From Gammaproteobacteria bacterium (GTDB taxonomy: Bacteria; Pseudomonadota; Gammaproteobacteria; Pseudomonadales; Halieaceae), in NCBI GenBank assembly GCA_030426545.1, contig JAUHYL010000012.1:5637-69636 (forward strand): a stretch of DNA of 64,000 nucleotides, in the 5' to 3' direction. Below, one piece after another: positions 55,569-64,000 of the stretch (positions within the stretch are counted from its first letter, which is position 1; every line of letters starts with the position of its first letter). The notes beneath the pieces were generated by a model. That model made no database searches. It had not been told where the DNA came from and saw only the letters and a program-made list of their open reading frames with translations. Both the position numbers and the translations under genes were made by a program.

Positions 55569-56588
55569 TCAGGACTGACAGTCGATGATCACCTTGATGG
55601 CCTTATCGGTATCCTGCGCCGTGGCGAACGCCTGCGCAATTTCTGACAGGGGAAAGTGGTGGGTGACCATCATCGACGGATCGACACGGCCTGACTGCAG
55701 CAGATGCAGCACCTCGTCAAATTCCTGTTGGTAGCCCATCGCAGGAATGATGGAGACTTCCTTTGCCAGCAGCATGACAAGATCAACGGTCGCTGCTTCC
55801 TTATGCACGCCGGTCAGGCAGATCCTGCTGCCGGGGCCGGCCAAGTTAACCACGCGCTCGAACACGGCGCGCACGCCGGTTGCCTCAAAATAAACCTCGC
55901 TGGCGGGTACGGACATGCCGAAAAAATCCGCCGCGCCGTGTACTTCGACAAGTTGCTGCGACAGGTCGTCCGCATCACCGCGCAGGGCGACAACGCCCAA
56001 TTGACGCGCCGCGGCCAGGCGGGGCTCAGCGATATCGATGACCACGATATCGTTAACACCGCGTGCCTGCAGTACCTGCACAATAGACAGTCCGATCGGG
56101 CCTGCGCCAAATACCACGCAACGATCGCCTGGAGATGCCTGCACGCGATTCGCCCCGTGCTGGGCCACTGCCAGTGGTTCTATGAGCGCACCCCAGGTAT
56201 CGGGAATGTCAGCGGGCAGTTTCAGGGTACTGGCCGGATCCTGGGCGGCATTGCGCACCAGCAGGTACGGCGTGAAGCCGCCCTCGCCCCCGCCGTTGCC
56301 GATGTTCACGCCATTGCTCATGGGTTGTACAACGACCCGGTCTCCAACGGAGACATGGCTGACATTGCTGCCCGCCTCACTGACATGTCCCCACAATTCG
56401 TGACCAATCGGCATGGGGGTGTCCGGCGCGGTAATGCCTCCCATCGCCAGGTATCCGAGATCGGAGCCACAAATGCCGCACTCGCGCACCTGCACCACCA
56501 CATCGTCATCACCGCACTGCGGTGCCGCGATGCGATCAAGCCTCAAGTCATCTTTGCCGTGAATGCGCGCCTGTGGAATGCCGGTCAT
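55569..56588 (-). CDS. Zinc-dependent medium-chain dehydrogenase
   Basis: 'CGICGSD', 'GHE', 'FGAGPIG'; the four-Cys structural zinc lobe is absent. Confidence 0.88.
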   Translation of the reverse strand: MTGIPQARIHGKDDLRLDRIAAPQCGDDDVVVQVRECGICGSDLGYLAMGGITAPDTPMPIGHELWGHVSEAGSNVSHVSVGDRVVVQPMSNGVNIGNGGGEGGFTPYLLVRNAAQDPASTLKLPADIPDTWGALIEPLAVAQHGANRVQASPGDRCVVFGAGPIGLSIVQVLQARGVNDIVVIDIAEPRLAAARQLGVVALRGDADDLSQQLVEVHGAADFFGMSVPASEVYFEATGVRAVFERVVNLAGPGSRICLTGVHKEAATVDLVMLLAKEVSIIPAMGYQQEFDEVLHLLQSGRVDPSMMVTHHFPLSEIAQAFATAQDTDKAIKVIIDCQS

Positions 56589-56768
56589 GGGCTCTTTCAT
56601 TTTTTAGCGTGTGAGGTGAACACTAGGCGCGCGACTGGCAGGGGTCAACCACCCGGGCCGCATTGTTGAACCGAATTGCCCGATTTATTTTTACGCACTG
56701 GTTGCGCGCACCCTGCACTGCCACACTGGCGGCGTTCTCCCAGACACGTGCGGGTAATCGCTGACAGC

Positions 56769-58514
56769 ATGACACAGGAAAGTTGGGACATTGAAGTCGA
56801 CTGGCTGGTAGCCGGCGCAGGCGCGGCCGGCATGACCAGCGCAATCGTCGCAAACGCCCTGGGCGGCAGCGTGCTGCTGGTGGAGAAAGAGCCGGTATTC
56901 GGCGGCACCACGGCAAAGTCCGGCGGTGTTGCGTGGATACCCGGCAACCACCGCCAGGCGGAGGTTGGCATTGAGGACAGCGTTGAAGAGGGTTACGCCT
57001 ATCTGAAGGCGTTGATCGGCGACAGCGTACAGGACGCCAGGGTTCGCGCCTTCGCAGAACGCGCACGCGAAATGCTGCAGTTCATGATGCAGCACAGCCG
57101 CGTTGAGTTTTCTGCCCTGCCCGCCTACATGGACTACTACGATACCTTGCCCGGCTCCAAACCGGGCGGTCGCTCAATGGACAACGCACCCTTCGATCTT
57201 CGCCAACTGGGTGCAGACGCCGAGACGATCCGGCTGGGCCACTACGACGGCTTGCTGCTCCCATTCAACATTACCGTCGTCGAGGGTCGGCAACTGCAGG
57301 ACATGAACTGGCGCGCCTATCTGCTGGGCGCAAAACTGCTCTTGCGGTTTGTGCTCGATCTGCCGGCAAGACTGCGCGGCAAGCGCGACAATCGTCTCTG
57401 CCTCGGCCCTGCCCTGGTTGCACGACTGCGAAAATCCCTGCAGGACAGGGACATCCCGCTGTGGCTAAACGCACCCGTAAAGGAACTGCTGCACGATGGC
57501 AACCGGGTGAGCGGTGCCGTGGTTGAACGCTCAGGTACCAGGCAACGCGTTCGAGCCCGGCGCGGTGTATTGCTGGGCACCGGGGGCTTTGCGCACAACG
57601 CTGTCCTGCGCCAGAAATACCAACAGGCCCCGATTGGCGCAGACTGGACCGCTGCCGCGCCCGGCTCGACCGGAGACGCCATTGGCCTGGCACAACCGCT
57701 GCAGGCAGGTCTGGACTTCATGGACTGTGCCTGGTGGTCGCCCACCTACCGCATTCCCGATGGCAGAGTGCTGGCGCTCATCTCCGGCAAGTCCAATCCC
57801 GGCTCGATCATCGTCAACTGTGTGGGTCGGCGCTTCGCCAACGAGGCGCAGCCCTACGAGGATTTTGTCAAAGCGCAATACAGCGCGCACGCCGCGGGTG
57901 AAAGCGCCATCCCCTGCTACCTCATATTTGACGCCGATTATCGCGGGAAATACGCCGTGGGGCACCTCAAACCCGGGAAAGTCGAGGCAGACCAACGCCT
58001 CGCGCAGGAGAATTTCAGCAGCGGCCTGCTCACCCGGGCCGAGACACTCGAAGCGCTGGCTGACACATTGGGTATGTCGCCTGAGGTCTTGTGTGAAACC
58101 GTTGCCACCTTCAATCAACACGCCATCAATGGAGAAGACCCGGCGTTCGGGCGCGGCGAATCACTGCACGATCGCTACTACGCCGACCCCAAGGTGAGCC
58201 CCAATCCCTCGCTGGCACCGCTGAATACACCCCCTTTCTATGCGCTGCGTTGCGAACCCGGCGACCTGGATACCAAGGGAGGCCTGCGCTGCGATGAATT
58301 CGGCCGCGTACTGACACACGACGATGAGGTCATACCCGGGTTGTACGCCGCGGGCAACGCGAGTGCTGCGGTGATGGGAGATACGTATCCCGGCGCGGGG
58401 GCAACCATCGGCTCGGCCATGACGTTCGCCTACATCGCCGCTCGCCATGCCTTTGAGGCCGCACCCTCCCCAAGCAGTTCCCCCCACGACACCGCTGCGC
58501 GCGCAACAGACTGA
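56769..58514 (+). CDS. kstD: FAD-dependent 3-ketosteroid delta1-dehydrogenase-like protein
   Basis: Start ATG 56769; 'AGAGAAG', 'GGTTAKSGGVAWIPGN', 'LGTGGF', 'GDLDTKGGL', 'YAAGN', 'YPGAGATIG'. Confidence 0.78.
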   Translation: MTQESWDIEVDWLVAGAGAAGMTSAIVANALGGSVLLVEKEPVFGGTTAKSGGVAWIPGNHRQAEVGIEDSVEEGYAYLKALIGDSVQDARVRAFAERAREMLQFMMQHSRVEFSALPAYMDYYDTLPGSKPGGRSMDNAPFDLRQLGADAETIRLGHYDGLLLPFNITVVEGRQLQDMNWRAYLLGAKLLLRFVLDLPARLRGKRDNRLCLGPALVARLRKSLQDRDIPLWLNAPVKELLHDGNRVSGAVVERSGTRQRVRARRGVLLGTGGFAHNAVLRQKYQQAPIGADWTAAAPGSTGDAIGLAQPLQAGLDFMDCAWWSPTYRIPDGRVLALISGKSNPGSIIVNCVGRRFANEAQPYEDFVKAQYSAHAAGESAIPCYLIFDADYRGKYAVGHLKPGKVEADQRLAQENFSSGLLTRAETLEALADTLGMSPEVLCETVATFNQHAINGEDPAFGRGESLHDRYYADPKVSPNPSLAPLNTPPFYALRCEPGDLDTKGGLRCDEFGRVLTHDDEVIPGLYAAGNASAAVMGDTYPGAGATIGSAMTFAYIAARHAFEAAPSPSSSPHDTAARATD

Positions 58515-58524
58515 GCATTGCCGT

Positions 58525-59592
58525 ATGAGTGAACCCAAGTACGCTTTCCTGCAACCGGGCCATTATGCGCGAGGCTGGCACATCGCCCTGTTCTCGCAGG
58601 AGTTACAGGTCGGCGAGGTGAAGCGACTGCGCTATTTCGAAAGCGATCTGGTGGCGTACCGAGGTGCCTCGGGTACTGTCGGTATCGTCGACGCCCACTG
58701 CCCGCACCTGGGCGCGCACCTGGCAAGCGGTGAAGGGCGTGTGATTGGCGACAACATTGCCTGCCCTTTTCACGGCTGGACCTTTAACACGAGCGGGCAG
58801 TGTGTCGACATCCCCTATGCGAGCAGCATTCCTGACAAGGCAGTACAGGCACTGCAAGCCTGGCCAGTGCTGGAGAAGAACGGTTTCATTGCCCTGTGGC
58901 ACGACCCCGAGGGCAACCCTCCCGAGGACTACCTGCCGGACATCGGCGAGTGGGGTGATACCGGCTGGGGCGACTGGCAGTTCTATCGCTCGCGTATTCG
59001 CGCACAGGCGTGCGACGTGATCGAGAACATCGTGGACATCGCCCACTTCCCCCACGTACACGGCGGCAAGGTAAAAAAATTCGAAAATCGGTTTGCAGAC
59101 TACACAGTCACCCAGCTTTCCACCGTGGACAGGGACGCCAGCGCAAACATGATCATTCCGCCCGGCGCACCCGTGGAACTCGAGCAGTTGCGCAACGAGC
59201 AGGCAGGCAGTGACGCCGATGCCTGGGGTGATGCCACCTACCACGGCCCATCGATCATGTACTACTACACCGAATCGCGCAGTAGTGACATCAACTTCAG
59301 GGCGTGGTGGGTAAATTGCCACACGCCGGTCAACCAGGAAGAACTGGATCTTTGCTCAGCGGTGATCGTGTGCAGCCTGGACGATACGCCGCTGCCCGAG
59401 GAATTCGCCGCCACCTACCCACAAATGGCCCACCTGGCCTTCGGGCAGGATGTCGAGATCTGGCGAGACAAAATATACCGGGAGGACCCCATCCTGTGCG
59501 ACGGGGATGGACCGATTAATAAATTGCGGCGCTGGTACGAACGGTTTTACCTGCCCCGGGACATCACTGCACAGCGAGAAAAAACGCAGTAA
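58525..59592 (+). CDS. kshA: Rieske monooxygenase, 3-ketosteroid 9-alpha-hydroxylase oxygenase-like
   Basis: Start ATG 58525; Rieske CPH..CPFH; Fe site 'ENIVDIAHFPHVH'; KshA-type C-terminus 'QDVEIW..K..REDPILCDGDGP...LRRWY..FY'. Confidence 0.8.
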   Translation: MSEPKYAFLQPGHYARGWHIALFSQELQVGEVKRLRYFESDLVAYRGASGTVGIVDAHCPHLGAHLASGEGRVIGDNIACPFHGWTFNTSGQCVDIPYASSIPDKAVQALQAWPVLEKNGFIALWHDPEGNPPEDYLPDIGEWGDTGWGDWQFYRSRIRAQACDVIENIVDIAHFPHVHGGKVKKFENRFADYTVTQLSTVDRDASANMIIPPGAPVELEQLRNEQAGSDADAWGDATYHGPSIMYYYTESRSSDINFRAWWVNCHTPVNQEELDLCSAVIVCSLDDTPLPEEFAATYPQMAHLAFGQDVEIWRDKIYREDPILCDGDGPINKLRRWYERFYLPRDITAQREKTQ

Positions 59593-59619
59593 AGGGCGAA
59601 CGGCGACAGTTGGGCGTCT

Positions 59620-59808
59620 TCAGCGATTACCGAGACGAATGTGCTTGTTGGCCGCCAGGCTGGGCTGGCCACTGACGCCGGAATCGATCACGTCAATTTT
59701 TTTACCTTTCTTGAGAAACGCGGCGGTCTGCTCGGCGATAGTCTCAGAGGTTTCAACAGCAGCCGGCGCCTTTGCTTTGGCGGGGGCACGGGTTGGCTTA
59801 CGGGGCAT
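59620..59808 (-). CDS. Small basic protein resembling the SutA RNA-polymerase-binding domain
   Basis: Start ATG 59808; 'IAEQTAAFLKKGKKIDVIDSGVSG' resembles the SutA core (helix-FL-x-GG-K-V/I). Confidence 0.55.
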   Translation of the reverse strand: MPRKPTRAPAKAKAPAAVETSETIAEQTAAFLKKGKKIDVIDSGVSGQPSLAANKHIRLGNR

Positions 59809-59899
59809 ACAGATTCCACATATCTTGAGAGTGAGCCCACCATTATAGCGCAAAATTGCCGTAAATGCTGGGCTTTTCGCGTATTAGCGGCGCAGCGAG

Positions 59900-60700
59900 C
59901 TAGCGGTCCCGGTATACCGGGTCACGCTTTTCGAAGAACGCTATCCCCGCCTCGCGCATGTCCTCAGTCATCGACAGCAGTACCTGGTGCCTGTCTTCAA
60001 GCGTCATCGCAGCCTCCAGGCTGGGGGCATCCACGCTGATATTCAGGGCGTCCTTGGTCAGGCGCAGACCCATGGGCGAAGTCAGCAGCATGTCGGACAC
60101 ATACTCTGCAGCAGCGTCTTCCAGTTCAGATTCGGGCAATACCCTTGAGACGAGATTCATGGCCAGCGCCCTTTCCGCGTGGATAAACCTGCCTGTCATC
60201 AGGTATTCGGCGGCCATCGAAGTGCCCACCAGGCGCGGCAGGAAGTAGCTGCTGCCCATATCGCAGCCGGTGAGCCCTATCTTGATATATGCCGCATTCA
60301 TCCTCGCATTGTCTGCGGCGAGCCGTATATCCGAGGCCAACGCCAGGCTGAAACCCCCACCGCAGGCTGCACCCTGCACCAGGGCAATAATCGGCTGCGG
60401 ACACTTGCGCATGGCAAGATAAATCCGCGCAATGCGTCGCTGCAGGTTCCACGCGGCACGCACGGAGTTTTCCTGTTGGCCAAAGGCGTCCGGATTGAGA
60501 TCAAGACCGGCGCAGAAGTGTCGCCCCCCGGCGCGCAGTACCACGATCCGCACCTGCTCGCGCTCGCGCAGCGCTTCGAAGTAGTCCAACAGCGCATCGA
60601 CGAGCGCGCCGTTCAGGGCGTTCCCTGCATCGGGACGGTTGAGCGTCACCCACTCCACCTGCTCACGTTGCTCGATCAGTAGTAGCTGCTCCGTACTCAT
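59900..60700 (-). CDS. Enoyl-CoA hydratase/isomerase (crotonase)
   Basis: Start ATG 60700; 'LNRPDAGNAL', 'FCAGLDL', 'GAACGGGFSL', 'GLTGCDMGSSYFLPRLVG'. Confidence 0.92.
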   Translation of the reverse strand: MSTEQLLLIEQREQVEWVTLNRPDAGNALNGALVDALLDYFEALREREQVRIVVLRAGGRHFCAGLDLNPDAFGQQENSVRAAWNLQRRIARIYLAMRKCPQPIIALVQGAACGGGFSLALASDIRLAADNARMNAAYIKIGLTGCDMGSSYFLPRLVGTSMAAEYLMTGRFIHAERALAMNLVSRVLPESELEDAAAEYVSDMLLTSPMGLRLTKDALNISVDAPSLEAAMTLEDRHQVLLSMTEDMREAGIAFFEKRDPVYRDR

Positions 60701-60855
60701 GGCCCGGTTCTCCGTTTCTCTCTGGAAAAGTGACGCACATGGTAACCCCATCCGCCGTGCAGCGGCAGTCTGGCTGCGGTTCCTGATAACATGAACCGTT
60801 TGTGACAAGCCGCTATCATCAATCGACTACACCGCGAGACTCAGGAGAAACCACC

Positions 60856-61449
60856 ATGGCGCAAACTACAGACCACGAAGTCGTTTCCATCTACCCCTTC
60901 AGCGATGAGGAGGTCGATGCGATGATGAGCAATGCCGTGGAAGCCGTGCTGATGTGGAGCACGAAAGACGGTTGGCCGGTCGGCGTCACGCATGCATTCA
61001 TCTGGCGCGACGGAAAAATATGGCTCACCTTCGCTGCTCACCGACATCGCGCCAAGGCGATTCAGCGCGATCCGCGTGTGTCTGTCGCGGTCAGCTCTGC
61101 CTCCTACCCACCCGGTGCCTCAGCTGACCTGCCCCAGGGCGGCATCACGTTCAAAGGCACCGGTGAATTTCTCGATGACGCTGAGACCAAACACTGGTTT
61201 TACACCGCCCTGTCGCAAAAGGTCGGCGGCGGCAACGCCGAAGTCGCCGAGCATTTCTACGAGTTTCTGGATTCACCGCTGCGCACGGTGCTGGCCGTCA
61301 CCCCGGTGAAGAAAATCATGTACAACGGCGGCCTCGCCAATCGTCATATCGCGGGCCAGGTTGACGAGAGTGAGCTGGGTGAGCGCCTGAGCAGCGACGC
61401 GAAGCGCATGAACGCAGAGCGTGAAAAGCGCGGGCTGGAACCACGCTAG
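60856..61449 (+). CDS. Pyridoxamine 5'-phosphate oxidase-like split-barrel flavin/deazaflavin-binding protein
   Basis: Start ATG 60856 with an AGGAG RBS; 'TKDGWP...F.WRDG.IW', 'RAKAIQRDPRVSVAV'. Confidence 0.8.
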   Translation: MAQTTDHEVVSIYPFSDEEVDAMMSNAVEAVLMWSTKDGWPVGVTHAFIWRDGKIWLTFAAHRHRAKAIQRDPRVSVAVSSASYPPGASADLPQGGITFKGTGEFLDDAETKHWFYTALSQKVGGGNAEVAEHFYEFLDSPLRTVLAVTPVKKIMYNGGLANRHIAGQVDESELGERLSSDAKRMNAEREKRGLEPR

Positions 61450-61632
61450 GAAACCGCTTCCGGCGCGGTTGCTCCTCGAGGCCGGCAGCGTCGCTTGCAG
61501 ACCGCGTCCGGGGGCGACGCCGGCAAGGCCCCCAATCGCAAGGCCAGCGAGGCCGCCCCGGCACCGATGGACGAAACCACTACAAGCGATCATACTACCA
61601 GGGTCGAATTCCTCGTTGAGGGGGAAGCAGTT

Positions 61633-62067
61633 ATGAAAACAACGCGCTCTTTATCCACCACGGGCCTGCTCATCGCAGTCGCCCTGCTTGCCCTGCAGGG
61701 CTGCAAACTGGACGTAAAAGTGCCCCAGGGCGGAAAAGTGGTCAGCGCCGACGGTTCCTTTGTCTGCGAAGCCAATGAGACCTGCTCTATCGACGTCGTT
61801 GATTTGTTCTTCGACCAGACCTTTACCGCCGTACCCGAACACGGTTATGTCTTTTCAGGCTGGCGCACCAAGGATGGCTACCTCTGTGGCGGCGAATCGG
61901 GGCCCTGCGCTCTCTCTACGGAGGGCTTCGAAGGCAATCCCGAGCTGATCGCGATGCTGGAGTCAGAAGAAACCTTCATCCTGCAACCGCGCTTCAGCGT
62001 CAGCCTGGCGCCCTGCCCCGATCCCGGGCTGGTTGTTTCTCCCGGGCCACAGCCGCACACGCACTAG
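61633..62067 (+). CDS. Hypothetical lipoprotein, single copy of the Cys-rich domain shared with 25572..26432
   Basis: Start ATG 61633; lipobox 'ALQGC'; 'CKLDVKVPQGG...FTAVPEHGYVFSGW...C...C...LQPRF'. Confidence 0.7.
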   Translation: MKTTRSLSTTGLLIAVALLALQGCKLDVKVPQGGKVVSADGSFVCEANETCSIDVVDLFFDQTFTAVPEHGYVFSGWRTKDGYLCGGESGPCALSTEGFEGNPELIAMLESEETFILQPRFSVSLAPCPDPGLVVSPGPQPHTH

Positions 62068-62095
62068 GCGCTGCACAGCGCCACCAGCCACCTCT

Positions 62096-63268
62096 TCACC
62101 GGGGGGCGTTCGCCGCGTCAATCGCCGCCGCGACAATCGGCGTCAATTCCGGATTGATACGCGTGGGGCCACGTCTTGCCGCCAGCAAATCATCGTATTT
62201 CGCCAGCGCCACGAAGACGCCGTAGCCCCGGGCCGTGTCGATGTAACTGACCGAGCCATAGGCACCGCCATCCTGAAACAACGTTGGCTGTTGCCCGGCC
62301 TCCGCCGGGGGTACCCACCACCCCAGACCGTAACCGCGGCCAGCACTGCCTATCCACTCGCGACTGCCCAGCGCTGTGCCCACGTCCTCGCGCATGCGCT
62401 GCGCTGAACGCTCGGACATCACGCGGTTCACGCCACACAAGCCATCGTTCAGGTGCATTTGCAGCAGCGTCGCTACATCCCGCAGGCCGGAAATCGCACC
62501 ACCTTCTATATTGGGGTTGTCGCGCCCGACCAGGCTGTCCGGAAATCCCGTCCACCCCCCTGGGTTAGCGAACATATTGCCGTACTCGTAAACCTCGAGA
62601 CCGCAGGGCTCCCCCAGGTAACGCTCAAACAGGTTGGCCCAGGAGTCGCCGCCCACCGCCTCGGCAACGGCGCCGGCCAACTGCCACTGGCTGCCGCCGT
62701 AGTCAAAGAGCGTGCCCGGCGGCAAGGTGCCCGCCAGCGGCGCCTGATAAATCGCCTGGGCGCACTCCATCAAGGTGTCGGACTCGGGAAACTGCCCCGC
62801 CGCCGCATACTGGCAGGCGTGTACGCCGTAGTCTCCGGAGAGGCCAGCCAGCAGGCCCGGTATACCCGATACGTTCGAGAGCAGGTGCGCCGTGGTAATA
62901 CCGGGGTAGACGCCCGGCCAGGGCAGGTAATTCTCAATGGGTGTATCGAGATCAAACTCTACCGCCGGATCGTCCGCCAGCGCCATTAGCAGGCTGACAG
63001 AGGCAACTTTACTCACCGACGCCAGCATGTAGACCGTATCCACCGTATGTTCGCCCACCGCCGTTTCGTGCACGACGCCAAGGCGGGCATCGACGACAAT
63101 CATCGCCGCACCATCAAACGCCGGCTCCTCCTGCACAAACGCGTCCAGCCAGGCGTCGGCGGAGGAGAAGTCGTAGGCAGGTAAGGGACTTTGATCGCCG
63201 CCGTCGCTGCAGGCCACCAAAAAACCGGTAAGCACCCAGAAAGTAGAGAGACACAGTAGTTTTTGCAC
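62096..63268 (-). CDS. Lipoprotein serine hydrolase, beta-lactamase/family VIII esterase fold
   Basis: Likely GTG 63268; lipobox 'LVAC'; SxxK 'SVSK', 'HLLSNVSG', 'FDYG', 'YGLGWW', 'GAYGS'. Confidence 0.85.
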   Translation of the reverse strand: MQKLLCLSTFWVLTGFLVACSDGGDQSPLPAYDFSSADAWLDAFVQEEPAFDGAAMIVVDARLGVVHETAVGEHTVDTVYMLASVSKVASVSLLMALADDPAVEFDLDTPIENYLPWPGVYPGITTAHLLSNVSGIPGLLAGLSGDYGVHACQYAAAGQFPESDTLMECAQAIYQAPLAGTLPPGTLFDYGGSQWQLAGAVAEAVGGDSWANLFERYLGEPCGLEVYEYGNMFANPGGWTGFPDSLVGRDNPNIEGGAISGLRDVATLLQMHLNDGLCGVNRVMSERSAQRMREDVGTALGSREWIGSAGRGYGLGWWVPPAEAGQQPTLFQDGGAYGSVSYIDTARGYGVFVALAKYDDLLAARRGPTRINPELTPIVAAAIDAANAPR

Positions 63269-63422
63269 GATCTTCACCTTATTGTTTTGCTGCGATGGAA
63301 GGATATCAGACCGTCGTTCACATGGGTGCAACGGCTCCTAACTGTTTCGTTGCTGGCGGCAACGCCTGCCGCTGAAGATGCGCCGGGACGCAGTTCACGG
63401 AATGATAGGAGCATGAACCCGT

Positions 63423-64000
63423 TTACTGCCGGGCCTCATCGTTCCAGCATTGGGGAACCTGCGTTCCGAACGTATCAACCATATACGCAACAACAGGTTG
63501 CAGCGAATCGCGCACCTGTCGAATGACCTCGGGGCGGTAAGCAACTTGTTCGGTGGTATTGAGTCGCTCCGCCAGGCGCGCCGGCCTGTAGTCGATACCG
63601 AGAAACCCGCACAGTTTTTCCATCTCCTGTACATGGGTCTCAGGCTGAAACAGGTGCTCGTAGAAAGTGACATGCACGCTGGTTTCAGGCACCACGGCAA
63701 ACAGGTTGGTCAACGTGGCGCGATAATCAGAGCGCCGCGTGAAGTGTGGATTTTCCAGGCTCTCGAGCGCCATTTGATTTGCCTGTACATCACTGGCAGC
63801 ACCGCCATTCCGCTGCTTCCAGTTAAAGCGTGCCTGCGAAAGAAACCGTGCGACAGGATCGCGCGCGATGAAAATGAACTTTGCCTGCGGGAAGTGGCCA
63901 ACAATCTCCTGGAACCCCTCTCTGGGCAGCAGAGAATACGATGGCGTAATCTCGCCAAACGCCCGTGTGGATTTCTCGATCAAGGAGGCAAAGTACTGCG
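63423..64000 (-). CDS. Sulfotransferase family protein, 5'-truncated by window edge
   Basis: Frame is open to the window end; 'FGEITPSY', 3'-PB motif 'IARDPVARFLS', 'VTFYEHL'. Confidence 0.75.
   Translation of the reverse strand, partial: QYFASLIEKSTRAFGEITPSYSLLPREGFQEIVGHFPQAKFIFIARDPVARFLSQARFNWKQRNGGAASDVQANQMALESLENPHFTRRSDYRATLTNLFAVVPETSVHVTFYEHLFQPETHVQEMEKLCGFLGIDYRPARLAERLNTTEQVAYRPEVIRQVRDSLQPVVAYMVDTFGTQVPQCWNDEARQ

Overview
GC-rich bacterial chromosomal window with about 60 tightly packed CDSs. The gene content (TonB-dependent receptor, two DUF3604 proteins, many SDR/SnoaL/MaoC paralogs) suggests a marine gammaproteobacterium of the Halieaceae/OM60-NOR5 type; this is inference only. 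Most of the window is a steroid/lipid catabolic neighbourhood. It contains an igr-like side-chain locus (two acyl-CoA dehydrogenase subunits, ChsH2/ChsH1 hydratase, two Ltp2-type aldolases, a stand-alone DUF35) split around a TetR and a 22-bp palindrome. It also has a FadA5-like thiolase, a fused MaoC-MaoC hydratase, adjacent KstD- and KshA-like genes and ten classical SDRs. An 8-gene minus-strand operon encodes cupin, P450, nitroreductase, SnoaL, sulfotransferase, SDR, DUF1214-like protein and SDR, next to an F420-type LLM oxidoreductase and MarR. Two c-di-GMP modules are interspersed: HDOD with a degenerate-GGDEF/EAL protein, and an orphan GspG-like prepilin translationally coupled to a membrane HAMP-GAF-GGDEF-EAL protein. 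The prepilin pair is the most intriguing candidate new system. I found no rRNA, tRNA, CRISPR array or mobile element. Family assignments come from motif recognition by eye; no database searches were run.
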